Positions 26,557 through 38,400 of a DNA stretch of 64,000 nucleotides are shown piece by piece. Position 1 is the stretch's first letter. Each line of letters opens with the position of its first letter. A program made the translations under genes and the position numbers. Source of the DNA: Podarcis gaigeae (Eukaryota). The notes beneath the pieces were generated by a model that did no database searches, was not told where the DNA came from, and saw only the letters and a list, made by a program, of their open reading frames with translations. The stretch is from NCBI GenBank assembly GCA_964106915.2, contig OZ066919.1. One strand, given 5' to 3'.

Positions 26557-28014
26557 ACTTTCTACGAATAGTTCTGACCTTCTGCTGAAGGGATTCTAGC
26601 ACAAGTACGATTCGTGCAGAAGGGAATTTTGAAACGAAAGCAGTTCAACTGCATGCGGTTCAGCTTGTGGCTGTTTAGAAACCAGCATTTATCAAACCAA
26701 ACCACGTTGTTCCGACCGAGTCGGGTGGCTGAATTAGTACTGTAAAAGCCTGGTGTTAAGCAGACGAGTTAAAATGTGTATAGCATTTCTAGTTTATACA
26801 AAGTTCCTTTTTGAATTGAAAACAGAATAAATCAGTCTTCAAATACAACAGAGAAGAAAGCAGCATTTACTGGTGAAATTCTTTTTCTTGAAACCCTTTT
26901 TATTAATTGCTTGCTTAGCACTTGAATGTACCAAAATCCTTTCACTGACATCATACTTCCTGCAGCTCTTGTGAAGTAGATCATTGTTGTTTGCATTTCT
27001 TTGGAGTGGGGGGAGGGGAGTGATGCTAAAGGGCTTCCCGCAGTCCAGCCAGCAAGCTTAAGGCTGGTGTGGCTGCTTAAGTCAAACCATTGAACCATGC
27101 AGGCCTCCAGGGTATCAGGCAGGGGGCATTTTCCCAGCTGTCTTGCCTAAGATCCTGGGAATCTGCAGATGCCACTCTCAGCCTGCGACCTGCATGCAAA
27201 AGACATGCCACTAGCACTTCTGGCTCTCAGCTAAGGAGCTAGCCTTCAGCACAGTTCTTAGTAGCGTATTATGTAATTGTGAGTCTTTTTAAAAATCTCT
27301 TAAATGCTCTTCTTCTGTTGGAAAAGCCTTCCTTTGACACCAGCGGCAACCTGTAGAGCTGGGATTAGCAGTCTTCAGGCTGAATTTCACCCTTTTAGCG
27401 GCTTGAAACATCTTGGGAGAGATGGAGACCTATATGCAAATGAGACCAGGAATCCTACCTTTGGTATGTAGATATATTTTTCTTACCACGGATGACCCCC
27501 ATCCTACTACCCCATGCCCCTCTTCACTGTGCCAAGCTGACAAAAAGTACTTCTCATCTAGCAGGCAGAAAATGGTTTGGTGTGTTACTGAAGACGTAGT
27601 TGTCAACCACGGTTACATTGAGAACATTGTGAGAGGCTGCATGCAAATAGCCCAGATAGCAGACAGGTCTGTGAAAGCATGTAGGTAATCATGTCCAGCC
27701 TAGAACAGCATCTTTTTGATGCATGTGAGTGTTTGTTTATAAGCTTATCCGGTAGCCTAGTCTTCCTCAAAGGGTTCAGAGCAGCTTTCATCGAGGTTTC
27801 TCCCATCTGGGCACATTACCTGCGTATCTTTCATTATGTGCCCTTCCTTGCCATTCTCATTTAGTGAGAGAAAGGCAGGCATCACAGTTGTCTTCTCAAA
27901 AAGTTTAGTAGAGCCCAAGAAAACTTCAGACATGTGGGATATATTTTTTTCCTTATGTTAAATTAGCTTGGATGAGAAAAGGCAGGACAACACTTCCAGC
28001 TCACTCCATGCATC

Positions 28015-28020
28015 TTTATT
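28015..28020 (-). terminator. Candidate MICAL1 poly(A) signal (AATAAA on minus; distal candidate 26899-26904)
   Basis: TTTATT on plus, ~1.26 kb beyond the stop. Confidence 0.45.
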
Positions 28021-29281
28021 GAAAGAGGAGCACACAGCCCATAAAAAGAGCTGTGGCTTAACAGCAGTTCAGGCATGGCAACCTTCTGATTCTAACAGGT
28101 AGCCATCTCCTCAGCCGCAGAGGTCTGACCCTTGTTCTGTAAAGGGGTTTGCTGCAGGAGCAGTTTAAGGTGATGAAAAAGCACCCCTAATTCTTCTCTA
28201 GTGGCTGTTCTTTTATTGCTTTGGGATATAGTAATATTCAGACCACACCTGTGTGGTTTTATAGCTGGCAATCCATTACACATGTAAGTAGAGTGTGAGT
28301 GGCAAAGATACCTATCCAGATACTGTGTGACAGGATCACACTTCTCCAGTGGCCATGCTGTTTTTATACTATAATTCCTGGCAGGCTGCATGCAGCCTTG
28401 CTCATTCAACTGACAGGTCTGTGCCCCCCCCCCCCAGTAAATACCCTGTAAACTGTTTATATTAGAAAGGCCTTGCTGGTGTTGTTGGGACTCCCAACCC
28501 CCTTCAGATCCAGCCAATGATCAGGGATTATAGGAGTTGTAGTCCCAACAACACTGGGTGGGGGGCACAGGTTCCCTACACCTAGTTTATATATTAAATT
28601 ATTTAGCATTTATGCCCCTCCAAATATCTCATGCTAGTTTGGGAGTGGGAGGTGCAATTAATATTGCCCTGCTGGAGCTTGGGTGAAGGCAGAAATGCTC
28701 ACTTGCACAGCAGCAGCCCCCTACTACCCAAGTGGCAAACATTGCAGCTGCCTGAAGTGGCACGAAAGAGGAGCTGTCCTGGTAAGTGAGGCCTTTTTCA
28801 TAGGGGAGAATGCAGGCAGCTATAGATAGTTACATGTGCAATATTGTCTCCCTGTAGCCAGTGTAAAGAAGAATTTGGAGGACAATCTTAAGACACCCTA
28901 TAATGCAATCACTTATTGGCAAAAAGAATAAAATAAAAAACGGCCATATTTCCAGTCTTACTACTTAAAAACACTCACATCAAGGTCAGGCTTGTTCTCC
29001 TTACACCTAATAGCAGCTACCAAACACTAATCTGCAGGGTGGTGGGGAGGGAAGGGACTCAATCCCAGGCAGCTGGCCTAGGCTGCTAATGAAGGAACTC
29101 ACTGAAGTGCCTGATGCTTACAGCACAGAGCTGCAGCCAGCACCTTGGCCTTCATTATTGCTGGGGTGCCTCGGGCAGATCTTTGCTGAAGATCACAGTC
29201 CTCTGCAGATACGCGTTAAAACGGAACTTGTGTTAAAATGTAGCTTCTGCACAAAGACAAAAGCTTCAATATAGCCAACTC

Positions 29282-29445
29282 TCAAATCTTCCCAAGGTCC
29301 CCAAATGCTGGTGCTTGCTCATAAAGCTCACTTAGACGCTTCTTCTCCTGCATCTCAATTAGGGCACTGCGCTGGTTCACAACCTCCAGCAGCTGGGACA
29401 GGATCTCCTTCTCTTTCAGCTGGTCTTCTAGGGTTTTTGAAGTCT
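29282..29445 (-). CDS. MICAL1: MICAL1 last coding exon (...[23 protein letters not shown]...GKI*)
   Basis: Homology to human LVDLVNQRDALIRFQEERRLSEL; TGA at 29284-29282. Confidence 0.92.
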
Positions 29446-32400
29446 CTTTAAAAACACACACACAAAAAAAAATGCGGCTCCAAGTCAGTCACTATTATGG
29501 CAAAGAAAATAGGGAGCCTGCGGTCATCCAGATATTACATGACTGCATCTCAAATTATCCCTGCCCATTGGCCAGGAATTGTAGTCCCAACAATCTGGAG
29601 AGTCACAGGCTCCCCACCCCTGCTGTGAATGAAATCTCTGTTTAGCGTCTGTATATTTAATTCTTCTCAGCAGTTAAGTGAAATCAGACAGACAGCTTGT
29701 CTCCATTATTACATTCCCAGAATTGCATTCTGTTTAGGACAAATTAATCCACATACCCCGTCTTCTCCATCACCAGTGTGTATTTAGAAACATTCTATAC
29801 ACACAATGAAAATATCTAACCCTAACAACATATCATGAGAACAAAGGAGCTGGTTCAAAGTTTGAATAATTGATCCATGCTAAATTAGCAGGGGGTGGGC
29901 AGGAATTTGCATGCACTGCTTTCTGCAGTGGTACACAGGTTTTCTGTTAGAAGCAGGTACATATAAGATGCCAGAGTTCATTGGCTAACGAGCTCTAACT
30001 AGAATACAGCAGGCATAACTGAGTGCATAAAACAATTCTGCTTGATGCAAGAGACTTGGGTTCCTTTGTCAACTAAAGCCCAAGAGAATCAGATATAGTA
30101 AATAGCAGGGTAGCAAGCTTCTGCTTCGTGTATCCATCCTAAATGACTTTTTCCTCCCCTCATTCAATCAATTGATTTACAGTAATCAATTCTGTGAATG
30201 AATAAAAAATATGCTCCCACTTAACTGGGCAGCAGTTACAAAAAATAGCTTGGCAAGCATTTCTTTGGTTTCTCTACATTTCCTAGTATAAACCTGGACG
30301 CCTTATACTCTCTCTTACCGTCCATATTATCGTATTGGCGCAGCTCATGATCCAGTTGGCACTGCTGTTCCTCTAGTTTCAGCTCTTGCACCCTATGGGG
30401 TAAAAAATAACAACTGAGAACTTTGGTCATTTATAATTGAGAAGCTCATGATAGTATACAAGATCCACTCTTGAGAAGTCTTCCAATTGATTCTCCCTTT
30501 GTTAGTAACAGTCCTCTGTATACTGTCAGCTCAAATATCCATATACTTTAAGCCTCATTAAGAACAGACTATTGGGCATGAGTTAAAGTAGTAATGAATA
30601 AGGCATGTCTGCCTTGTCTAACTGGAGCTTCCCAGGGAAAGGTCCTGTTCTCCCTGATACAGCCAATACTTCTGCAGTTTACAGAGGCCTTTCTATCTAC
30701 AGAACATTACCAGGGGAGTAGTTCGTCTATATACACATGGCAGACTTTCAAAATAAGGTCTGGTCCAGTGCCAACTTTGCATGGGTTCATTCTCAGAATT
30801 CCCACTGCTGGTCTGCATTAGCCTCCCAGATGTTGCTGGACTCAAGCTCCCATCAGCCCCCAGCTCATGTCACCAGTGGACAGGGATGATGGGAGCTGTA
30901 GTCCAATGAAAGGCTGGTGTATGTCACATTCGGCCAGCTGTATGTGTTTTGTTTCAAATGAGCTAGCTGTTTAAAACCAAGCAAGGAAAGGGGACAAAAA
31001 TGACTTTTTGAAATGGCTTAGGGGGCTAAGATCTGCTACTAAGTTCAAGAGCAATCTAAGCCCCTTAACCTCCCTTCCCCCCACCCGATTGGCACAGTAG
31101 TTCCATTCATGCTGTCTGTGTGACACACCATCTCCCAGCACTCTGAATATGAACTAGGTTGGGTTGTTAATGGCATTCAAGGTAGTGCAGGAGCCAGAAG
31201 AATGCCACTGGGGTATCAAGAAAAACTGAGCACTACATGGGAGGAGGCAATCCCAATACTGCACACCTAAATTCAGTTACTCAAGGGTTGCTTGCTGTTG
31301 TGAGGACCACATCCAGCTCCTTCTCTGATAGCACAGGAAGGAGCAGCGCTGTGCCAACTCCCCTGTGATCAGAACTGACATGAGTACCAGGTCTCAACAG
31401 CTATGAGAGGCAAGGTCTCTTACGCAATCATGAGGTCAGACTCCTCGCACATCAGGCTGTTCTTCTTTTGGACCAGGGAAAGCAGTTGGTTCATCCATTG
31501 TTTTAGTTCAGCGTCTGTTCCTGGAGGATAAAGGAGGGAAGAAGTTATCCCGGGAGTACAGCTGCCATTGCATGCATTATCCATAGGCTGCAGCCTCACC
31601 CCCATCTCTCTTGGCGGAAGCCCAGGCTCTTACCTCTCTCTTCCCGCAGAGATCGCTCCAGCTCTATTCCCTGTTGTTCAAGCTCTCGGAAAGTCACTTC
31701 AATCTCTTCCAGCCTCCTCTGGATTGACTGGAATGCCCAAGCAATAAAGAGTTGGTCAAATGAAGAAAGCATTTCAAAGTGTAAGGAAGAGGAACCCAAG
31801 CACGGGCGGATAGCTTCCCAGAATAGCTGGCAGGAACTCTTATAGGGTAGTAGTACATTTTTGGCAAAACCTGGCAGTGCTTATGATTGTCTGTGAAGCA
31901 AAAAATGCCTGTGTGTTACATCATTAAAAATCTAAGGGCATGATCCAATCCCTCCGGCACCTGAAACAGGCTATGGATGTACAGGCTACTTAAGACTATA
32001 AGCGCAATTTAGTCATTTTACAGTTTCTAGAACATTTCTGCCATTAACTTTCTATGTGCGTACCATTTGCAACAGTTTAGAAGCTATCAACTGTTGTGAA
32101 ATAACTCACAAAGGATTTATAACTATCACCAGCCCTCATCACGCTCATAAGTAAAGGTAAAGGTACCCCTGCCCGTACGGGCCAGTCTTGACAGACTCTG
32201 GGGTTGTGCGCCCATCTCACTTAAGAGGCCAGGGGCCAGCGCTGTCCGGAGACACTTCCGGGTCACGTGGCCAGCGTGACAAAGCTGCATCTGGCGAGCC
32301 AGAGCCGCACACGGAAACGCTGTTTACCTTCCCGCTGGTAAGCGGTCCCTATTTATCTACTTGCACCCGGAGGTGCTTTCGAACTGCTAGGTTGGCAGGC

Positions 32401-35400
32401 GCTGGGACCGAGCAGCGGGAGCGCACCCCGCCGCAGGGATTCGAACCGCCGACCTTTCGATCGGCAAGTCCTAGGCGCTGAGGCTTTAACCCACAGCGCC
32501 ACCTGCGTCCCGCATCACGCTCATACAGTTCTATAAATTAAATTTTGAAATACTCTATACCATTAGTTGAATGAGCAAAATAGTCAACATAGGGCTTCAC
32601 ACAGAAGGTGTTTCGGCACAGGAAGCAGCACACCATTTCCACGTAACCCAAACATCCTGCACTTGTGAGCTTCAACTGTATATATACAGTCCACAGTAGT
32701 TATATACACCCTTCCAGAAGCAGGTCTGCTTGAGATGTTTTTTATTTAAAAGCATTTCTAAACAACAAACCTATTTTAACATCTCTAAGTGGTATGAAAA
32801 AATACAATATAAAAACCAGTAAAACAGTATAAAAATTAATTAAGAACCTGGCCGAATCTTCTGGGGCTGGGGCTCATGGGAGTTATCCTCCCAATGTTCT
32901 GAAGTGCATCACATTCCAGTTTCAGGAAGCCTAACCTACTTATATGGGGTGGGACATTAACAGGGGGAGCAACTAGGGTACAAGAGGAAAAGTGGGGGAA
33001 GCTAAGTGAGAGTTTACATCTAAATTAACAGGAAGAGGGCTCCAAAGTGGAGAAAATAGGTGGTGCATGGGTGATACTAAAGCCAGGAACTGGTACTATC
33101 AAGTCAGTGGAAATGGGCTATTTCACATTAGAAGTGAACACTTTTTTAGCCATTCGTTCATTTGTTACAATCCAGCTTGGAAGGGTATATATATCCTAAA
33201 GGGCAGATTAGAAATCCATTAAATAATACTTTTTATACAGGTCAACAATGTCACACATCATTAGTCCCGGTATAGGGCAGCTCCCCATTTTATGCAGCAA
33301 ACACAAGGGTGATTCCCTACCCCAAGTGAATATTTAAGCATTTGTGTACTGGAAACCCTTCCTGGAACAGCTGGATGTCTACACAATGAATTTTCTCTGG
33401 GAAATGGTTGTAAAGCTTGGATATATGCAAGCAAACATTCACCACATAAAGCGTGCAGCAGTTTATAATAACAGGGAGAATCTCTAGAGACACCTAACAG
33501 CCTCGGGGCCTGAGATGTGAAATAGCAGGCTGCAAGGTATCTGAAGCTTCCGCCCTTAATTTTTGCAGCCCCATTCCTCACTGGGACGATCCCTGTAAAA
33601 GTATCAGTGCCCGTCCACCAGCGGAGCATGCAAGTATTACCTGCGCTTTGCAAAACCTTTTCATTTGTGCCTCTTTGGCTCGTCGCATCAGTGTCTTCTT
33701 CCACGTTGGATACTGAGGTTCTTCAGTGAAGCTCAGGAAATGCTGCAGCCACAACACACAAGCAAGAATCAAATGAGATGTTTTTAAAAGCTGCTGTCCA
33801 CCACCTAAACTGCAGCCACAGTTTAAGGCTAGGCTACTGCATACTTTGCAGCTATAACCAACAGTGACCCAGCCCCTTTACAAGAAGGTACAAAAATAAA
33901 TACATAAGCCCAAGGTGCCTGGTATGACATCACTGGGGAAAAGACGAGTGAATTGTTATCGCAAAATCGAGAGCAACTTAATGCTCAGAGTCTAAGTCTG
34001 GCCGACCCTGCAGCTGCAAGAAGTCTTGACAGAGTGACTCACTCTCTAGTCAAAACATGTTGTGTAGACAGGACCATGCCCAGAATGCACAATGGAGAGG
34101 GTTGTCTTCAGGGCTTTGTGAGGTTCTTGTTAGTCATCCTTTCAGAACACGGATGTCTGCTGCTGTTCTTACAGACCCCCAAGCCAATTGCAGCCTCCTT
34201 GAGGGGGAATTCCAAATATTTGTCTGTGGTCCTTTTCCAGATGTGTGTCATAAATTTAGGGCCTAGCACCACCCATCCAAACTGGGGACAGGGAGGAGCT
34301 CCATGGATAACAAGGTACCTACTGGAGCTTCCAACCAGCCACACCACTTGGCCAACTACTTCTGAGACTCTCTTTGTTGATGTGAATTGCTGGGAGTGTA
34401 AAAGACTTGTGGCCTGTTGCCAGTGAGATGGAGGAGATGGGGCAATGGGAGGGGTTTGGGGAAGAAAAGGAGAACGAAGACGTGTTGTACAGAGAAACCT
34501 GTAGAGTAAGGAAAGAGAAAAGGTGGGTAATAGATGTGGAGAAACTTGTGACAGTATAGGGGGAGAAGAGCAAATGATGGGATGCAGATTTCTTAAAAAA
34601 TATATAAACACAAAAATTAATAGGCTAGAGAGAGAAAAAGAAGGGAGAAGGTGAGCCTGTTGAGTCAGAAAACAACAAAAAAGGAGCTATGGAGAGGGAG
34701 AAAAGTGAATGGGAGAAAAAGAAGCAGAGTTAACAGAAGGGTTCTGAGAGATGCGGTGGTGAGACAAATCCCATGATTTGCTGAAGAGATTATGTTAAAA
34801 ACCAAAAGAAAATGCTCTTCTGCTGTTAAAAGCAGAGAATTGAACAGTTGGAAAGGACCACAAGGGTGATCTAGTCCAACCCCTTACAATGCAGGAATCT
34901 TGCCCAACACAGGGCTCAAACCCATGACCCTGAGATTAAATGTCTTATGCTCTACCAACTGAGCTATCCCAGTTTTGCTATGTTTGGATGTCGTGATGAT
35001 AACACAGCCCTCCTGAGTTACTTGAAAATGAAAATGGTCCTGAAAGTGCTTTGAGTTGTGCTTGTCTGCTGTGGTGGAATTGAATTTTGGGCTTCTACAC
35101 TCACAATATATGCTGCAAGATCTTGGCTCGTTGCTTCTTCCTCCTCTTCTTCCTCTTCACTGTCACTGTCAATCTCCAGAGAATCTGTCAAAAAAAGGAC
35201 AAGAGAAAAATATTTCATTCCAGTGACTTGTGGAATGACGCCATAAATTAAAGGTTGATTTGGGGGCTGGAGTGAAGCTATCTTTTATAGCTAGAGATAT
35301 CCAAGAGAAGAACTGGTTTTATATAATGAAGTGGGGTTCCTCATCACCAGTTAGTACTGCAGTGGTCTGAGACCCAGAACAAAACTGCTTCATAGAGGCC

Positions 35401-38400
35401 AGTGGATGCTGGTAGTATAGCCCTTAAACATTTATGAAGCATTAATAGAACACAGCACGTGCTTCCTGTTTTATGGTCTCCAGAAAGAGGACAAAGGTTA
35501 AGAAAGATAACAGGAAAGCACAATATGGGAGGGTTAACTCCCATGTCAAAGAACAGAAACAGGTCTGGTAAGCTATGTGAGTTGGATTACGCAGGCAATG
35601 TGGAGAATGCTGCTGCCGCCACCGCCGCCGCCACCACCTACTTAAACCACCTTAAAGGATGATGGTTTATTAGAAGACACTACCATGGAAGTGGACCAGA
35701 GTAAACAGCTCTCTGGGCCACAATGAAGGCAACTCTGATCTGCTAACATCCCAAATGCTTCCTTTTCAGAAGCAACAAGCTAAATGTTCAGTGTCACAAA
35801 GAATAATGTGTTTTAATATGGGATTGCACGGTGGAGAACTCCCATGTGAGCAGGGTAAACATCACACAGCACACACAAATGGATATGTTACTCAGGAAGC
35901 CCTGAAGCCATATGCAGCTGTACAGGAAAGAGCACAGGTGACAGCTGAGCATGGCCATTGGCGCTTAGGTTTAAAATCAAAGGTGGGGGAGACATTTCAA
36001 TGGCTCTGATGTTCAGTTTTGCTGAGGTTTCCTCCAATGTTTATGGTCTGCCCCAAACTTTTGGGATAAGGCATATGATATATAAATAAAGCAACCTTCT
36101 GAGATGCTGCTGAAGCTGGGTTCTTCTATTTTCATATCTGGAAAGTGAAATGAGGCTGATATTGGACTCAGTCGGGATAACTCAAGCTTTTCCAGGGCTG
36201 ACAAGCAAATCTTTTTCTTTGGGAGATTTCCACACTCTTTCTGTTCTAGTTTGGGGCTCTGAGCAGTTGGCACCTTTCCAGAAAGAAAAGGATCTGTATC
36301 AGTTCCTTGAATTCCTGTCACTAGTCTGTCACGTGTCTCTTCTTGGGACTGGCTGCCAGTCCAATTTTCTGGTTCAAGTCTCTCTCTTTTTGGACTGGCC
36401 CTATTTCCATCTCTGCCTTCGCCTACAACCTCTGAAGCTAAACCAGCCTCAGAAACAGAGTCCCCCAACTTCTTGTCCACCTCCACTAATGGTTGATGAT
36501 GTGGATGCCAGGATGAGTTCATAGTACAAGAGCCTCCATTTACTCCGGCTGGGAGTAAGCTGTGGCCTTCAGCAGCTGATTTATGAAGTTCTGTAGGTTG
36601 ACCTGTTGGCAGCTGATCTTCGAAAGACAACAGGTTCTCATCCAGGCTTGGTTGATATGGACCCTTTTCCATCTTCTTGTCCTCAGCAGCCAAGTCCAGA
36701 GTGCCTTTGTCTGAAGGAATGAGGAGTTTGGAGGAATCCTAGGGAGACAAAAAAGCCAGTGTTCCAAGCAAGCAAGTTGCAAGGCTAGAGCCCATGAGCA
36801 TGACAGGAAGTAACATAATTACTAGGTTAATTATCAGCTAGGGAGTTGCCTTGCTAGTCAGCACCAAATGCCTCCAATTCTGAAAAGGCATCCATCCCAC
36901 TCACCTTATGTGCTGCTATGACAGAGGCTGTGCTGCTAGGTGTAGTTATGTCCTTGGAGGTAGGACAGTGCAGCATGCAGTAGAAATTACCTAGGAGTAA
37001 AATCAAGACAGCCATAATCAGGTAGGGTATGTTGCTTGCATTCACCTGACTTGCCAATAAACATGACTGCCAGGGCAGATTCAGATACCTCAAGGAGAAT
37101 AAAAGCAAATGGTGCAAATGAATCTTGATATGCACTTGCAGGAAGTAGAGACACAATGCAAAGAAAGGCAGCCAGTTTGGATTTCAGAGAAATCAATGCC
37201 CCCGTCTGCACTGACGGCTGTGCCATTCAGGCTAACCAACTGCGTCTTCTCAACTCCACTCACCATCGTCTTCATTGAAGGCGTAATCCCCCAGCCGCAG
37301 TGTCGTCTTGCAGCGGTGACACTTGAAACAGCCACGGTGAAAGAAGCATCCCTCCGCACTGACTCGCTCCAGGATGTACACACGATCTCCGCAGAAATAG
37401 CAGGCATCGCTGCTCCTCACCGAGGAGGTGACAGGGCTCTGCCAAAAGACCAACACCTTTAGGACCACACGTTCCAAGTCATCTTGTGCTTTGGTTTCAA
37501 AATACATGGTTCAACCCAATGAGACACATTAACAAATATCCACAAGTTGCTGGACTACAACTCTCATGATCCCTGAGCTCCGGCTGGGATGATGGGAGTT
37601 GTAATCCAACAACATCTGGAAGAGCCGCTGGTCCCCCGTCCCTGGTAATGGTAACAGCTCTCTGGCCTCTCTGCCTCCAACATCTAGCGATGACCTCACT
37701 CCATCCCGAGTGAGATAAACATATCAGGCAGCATTACAAGTTACATTCCAATGTCTTCCTCCAAGAAAACAGCCTCAACAAGACAATGGCTACAAGGTCC
37801 AGCAAGTCGTTCCTTTCCATCAGATAAGAGGAAGGGCGGGTTTGAGTCTCGAGAGAAGAGAGCTGCCAGGCTCTCTGCCAGTATGTAACTGCAGCAGATG
37901 AATGCAATAAAAATCTTCGTTTTTTGCCCAGTGACATCTGGCTTCTTCCAGGCCTAACAGCTGTTTCAGCTTGGCTTATGCATGAGAGCTAGCAGCCTGC
38001 AGCCTGATACAGGGAGGAACATTTAGCAGCCGCCGTGAGTATGTGCAAGTGGTCAGCCTTCATAGGCAGCATCCAACCTCCGCGCAACTGTTATTTGCCT
38101 CCAGTGTATCCTACCAACCAGCCAGAATTGTGGTGCAACGTTTTGTGTGAAAAGGGAGGAAATCCATGTTTCTTTGAACACTTAAAAATAAATTTGTGAT
38201 GGGCCACAGCAAAGTTCAAATTGGAACTGAGTCAGGGTGGGATTTCCCAAATGACATTTTGAGTTCCAATTTTCACAGGTGGAATTTGACCCTTGGGATC
38301 AGTCTTTGAACTGCAGTCTTAAAGTTACATTACTCGTCTAGCAGTTGCAGTCAATAAACTGCATGCACTGGATTTCCCATCATGTGTTAAAAGGTCAGAA

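Noticed and set aside
33953-34611. 157-aa plus and 167-aa minus ORFs in a MICAL1 intron
   Set aside because: No homology, non-ATG starts, no compatible splice phase; only the 59-aa phase-0 frame is kept as a weak finding.
34900-34972. tRNA-like sequence (also ~53395-53460 and the Sauria SINE heads)
   Set aside because: Degenerate cloverleaf fused to LINE-derived tails; these are SINEs, not tRNA genes.
37734-37937. Possible extra MICAL1 exon between 38878 and the LIM exon
   Set aside because: The phase-0 reading after the best acceptor hits a stop and shows no homology.
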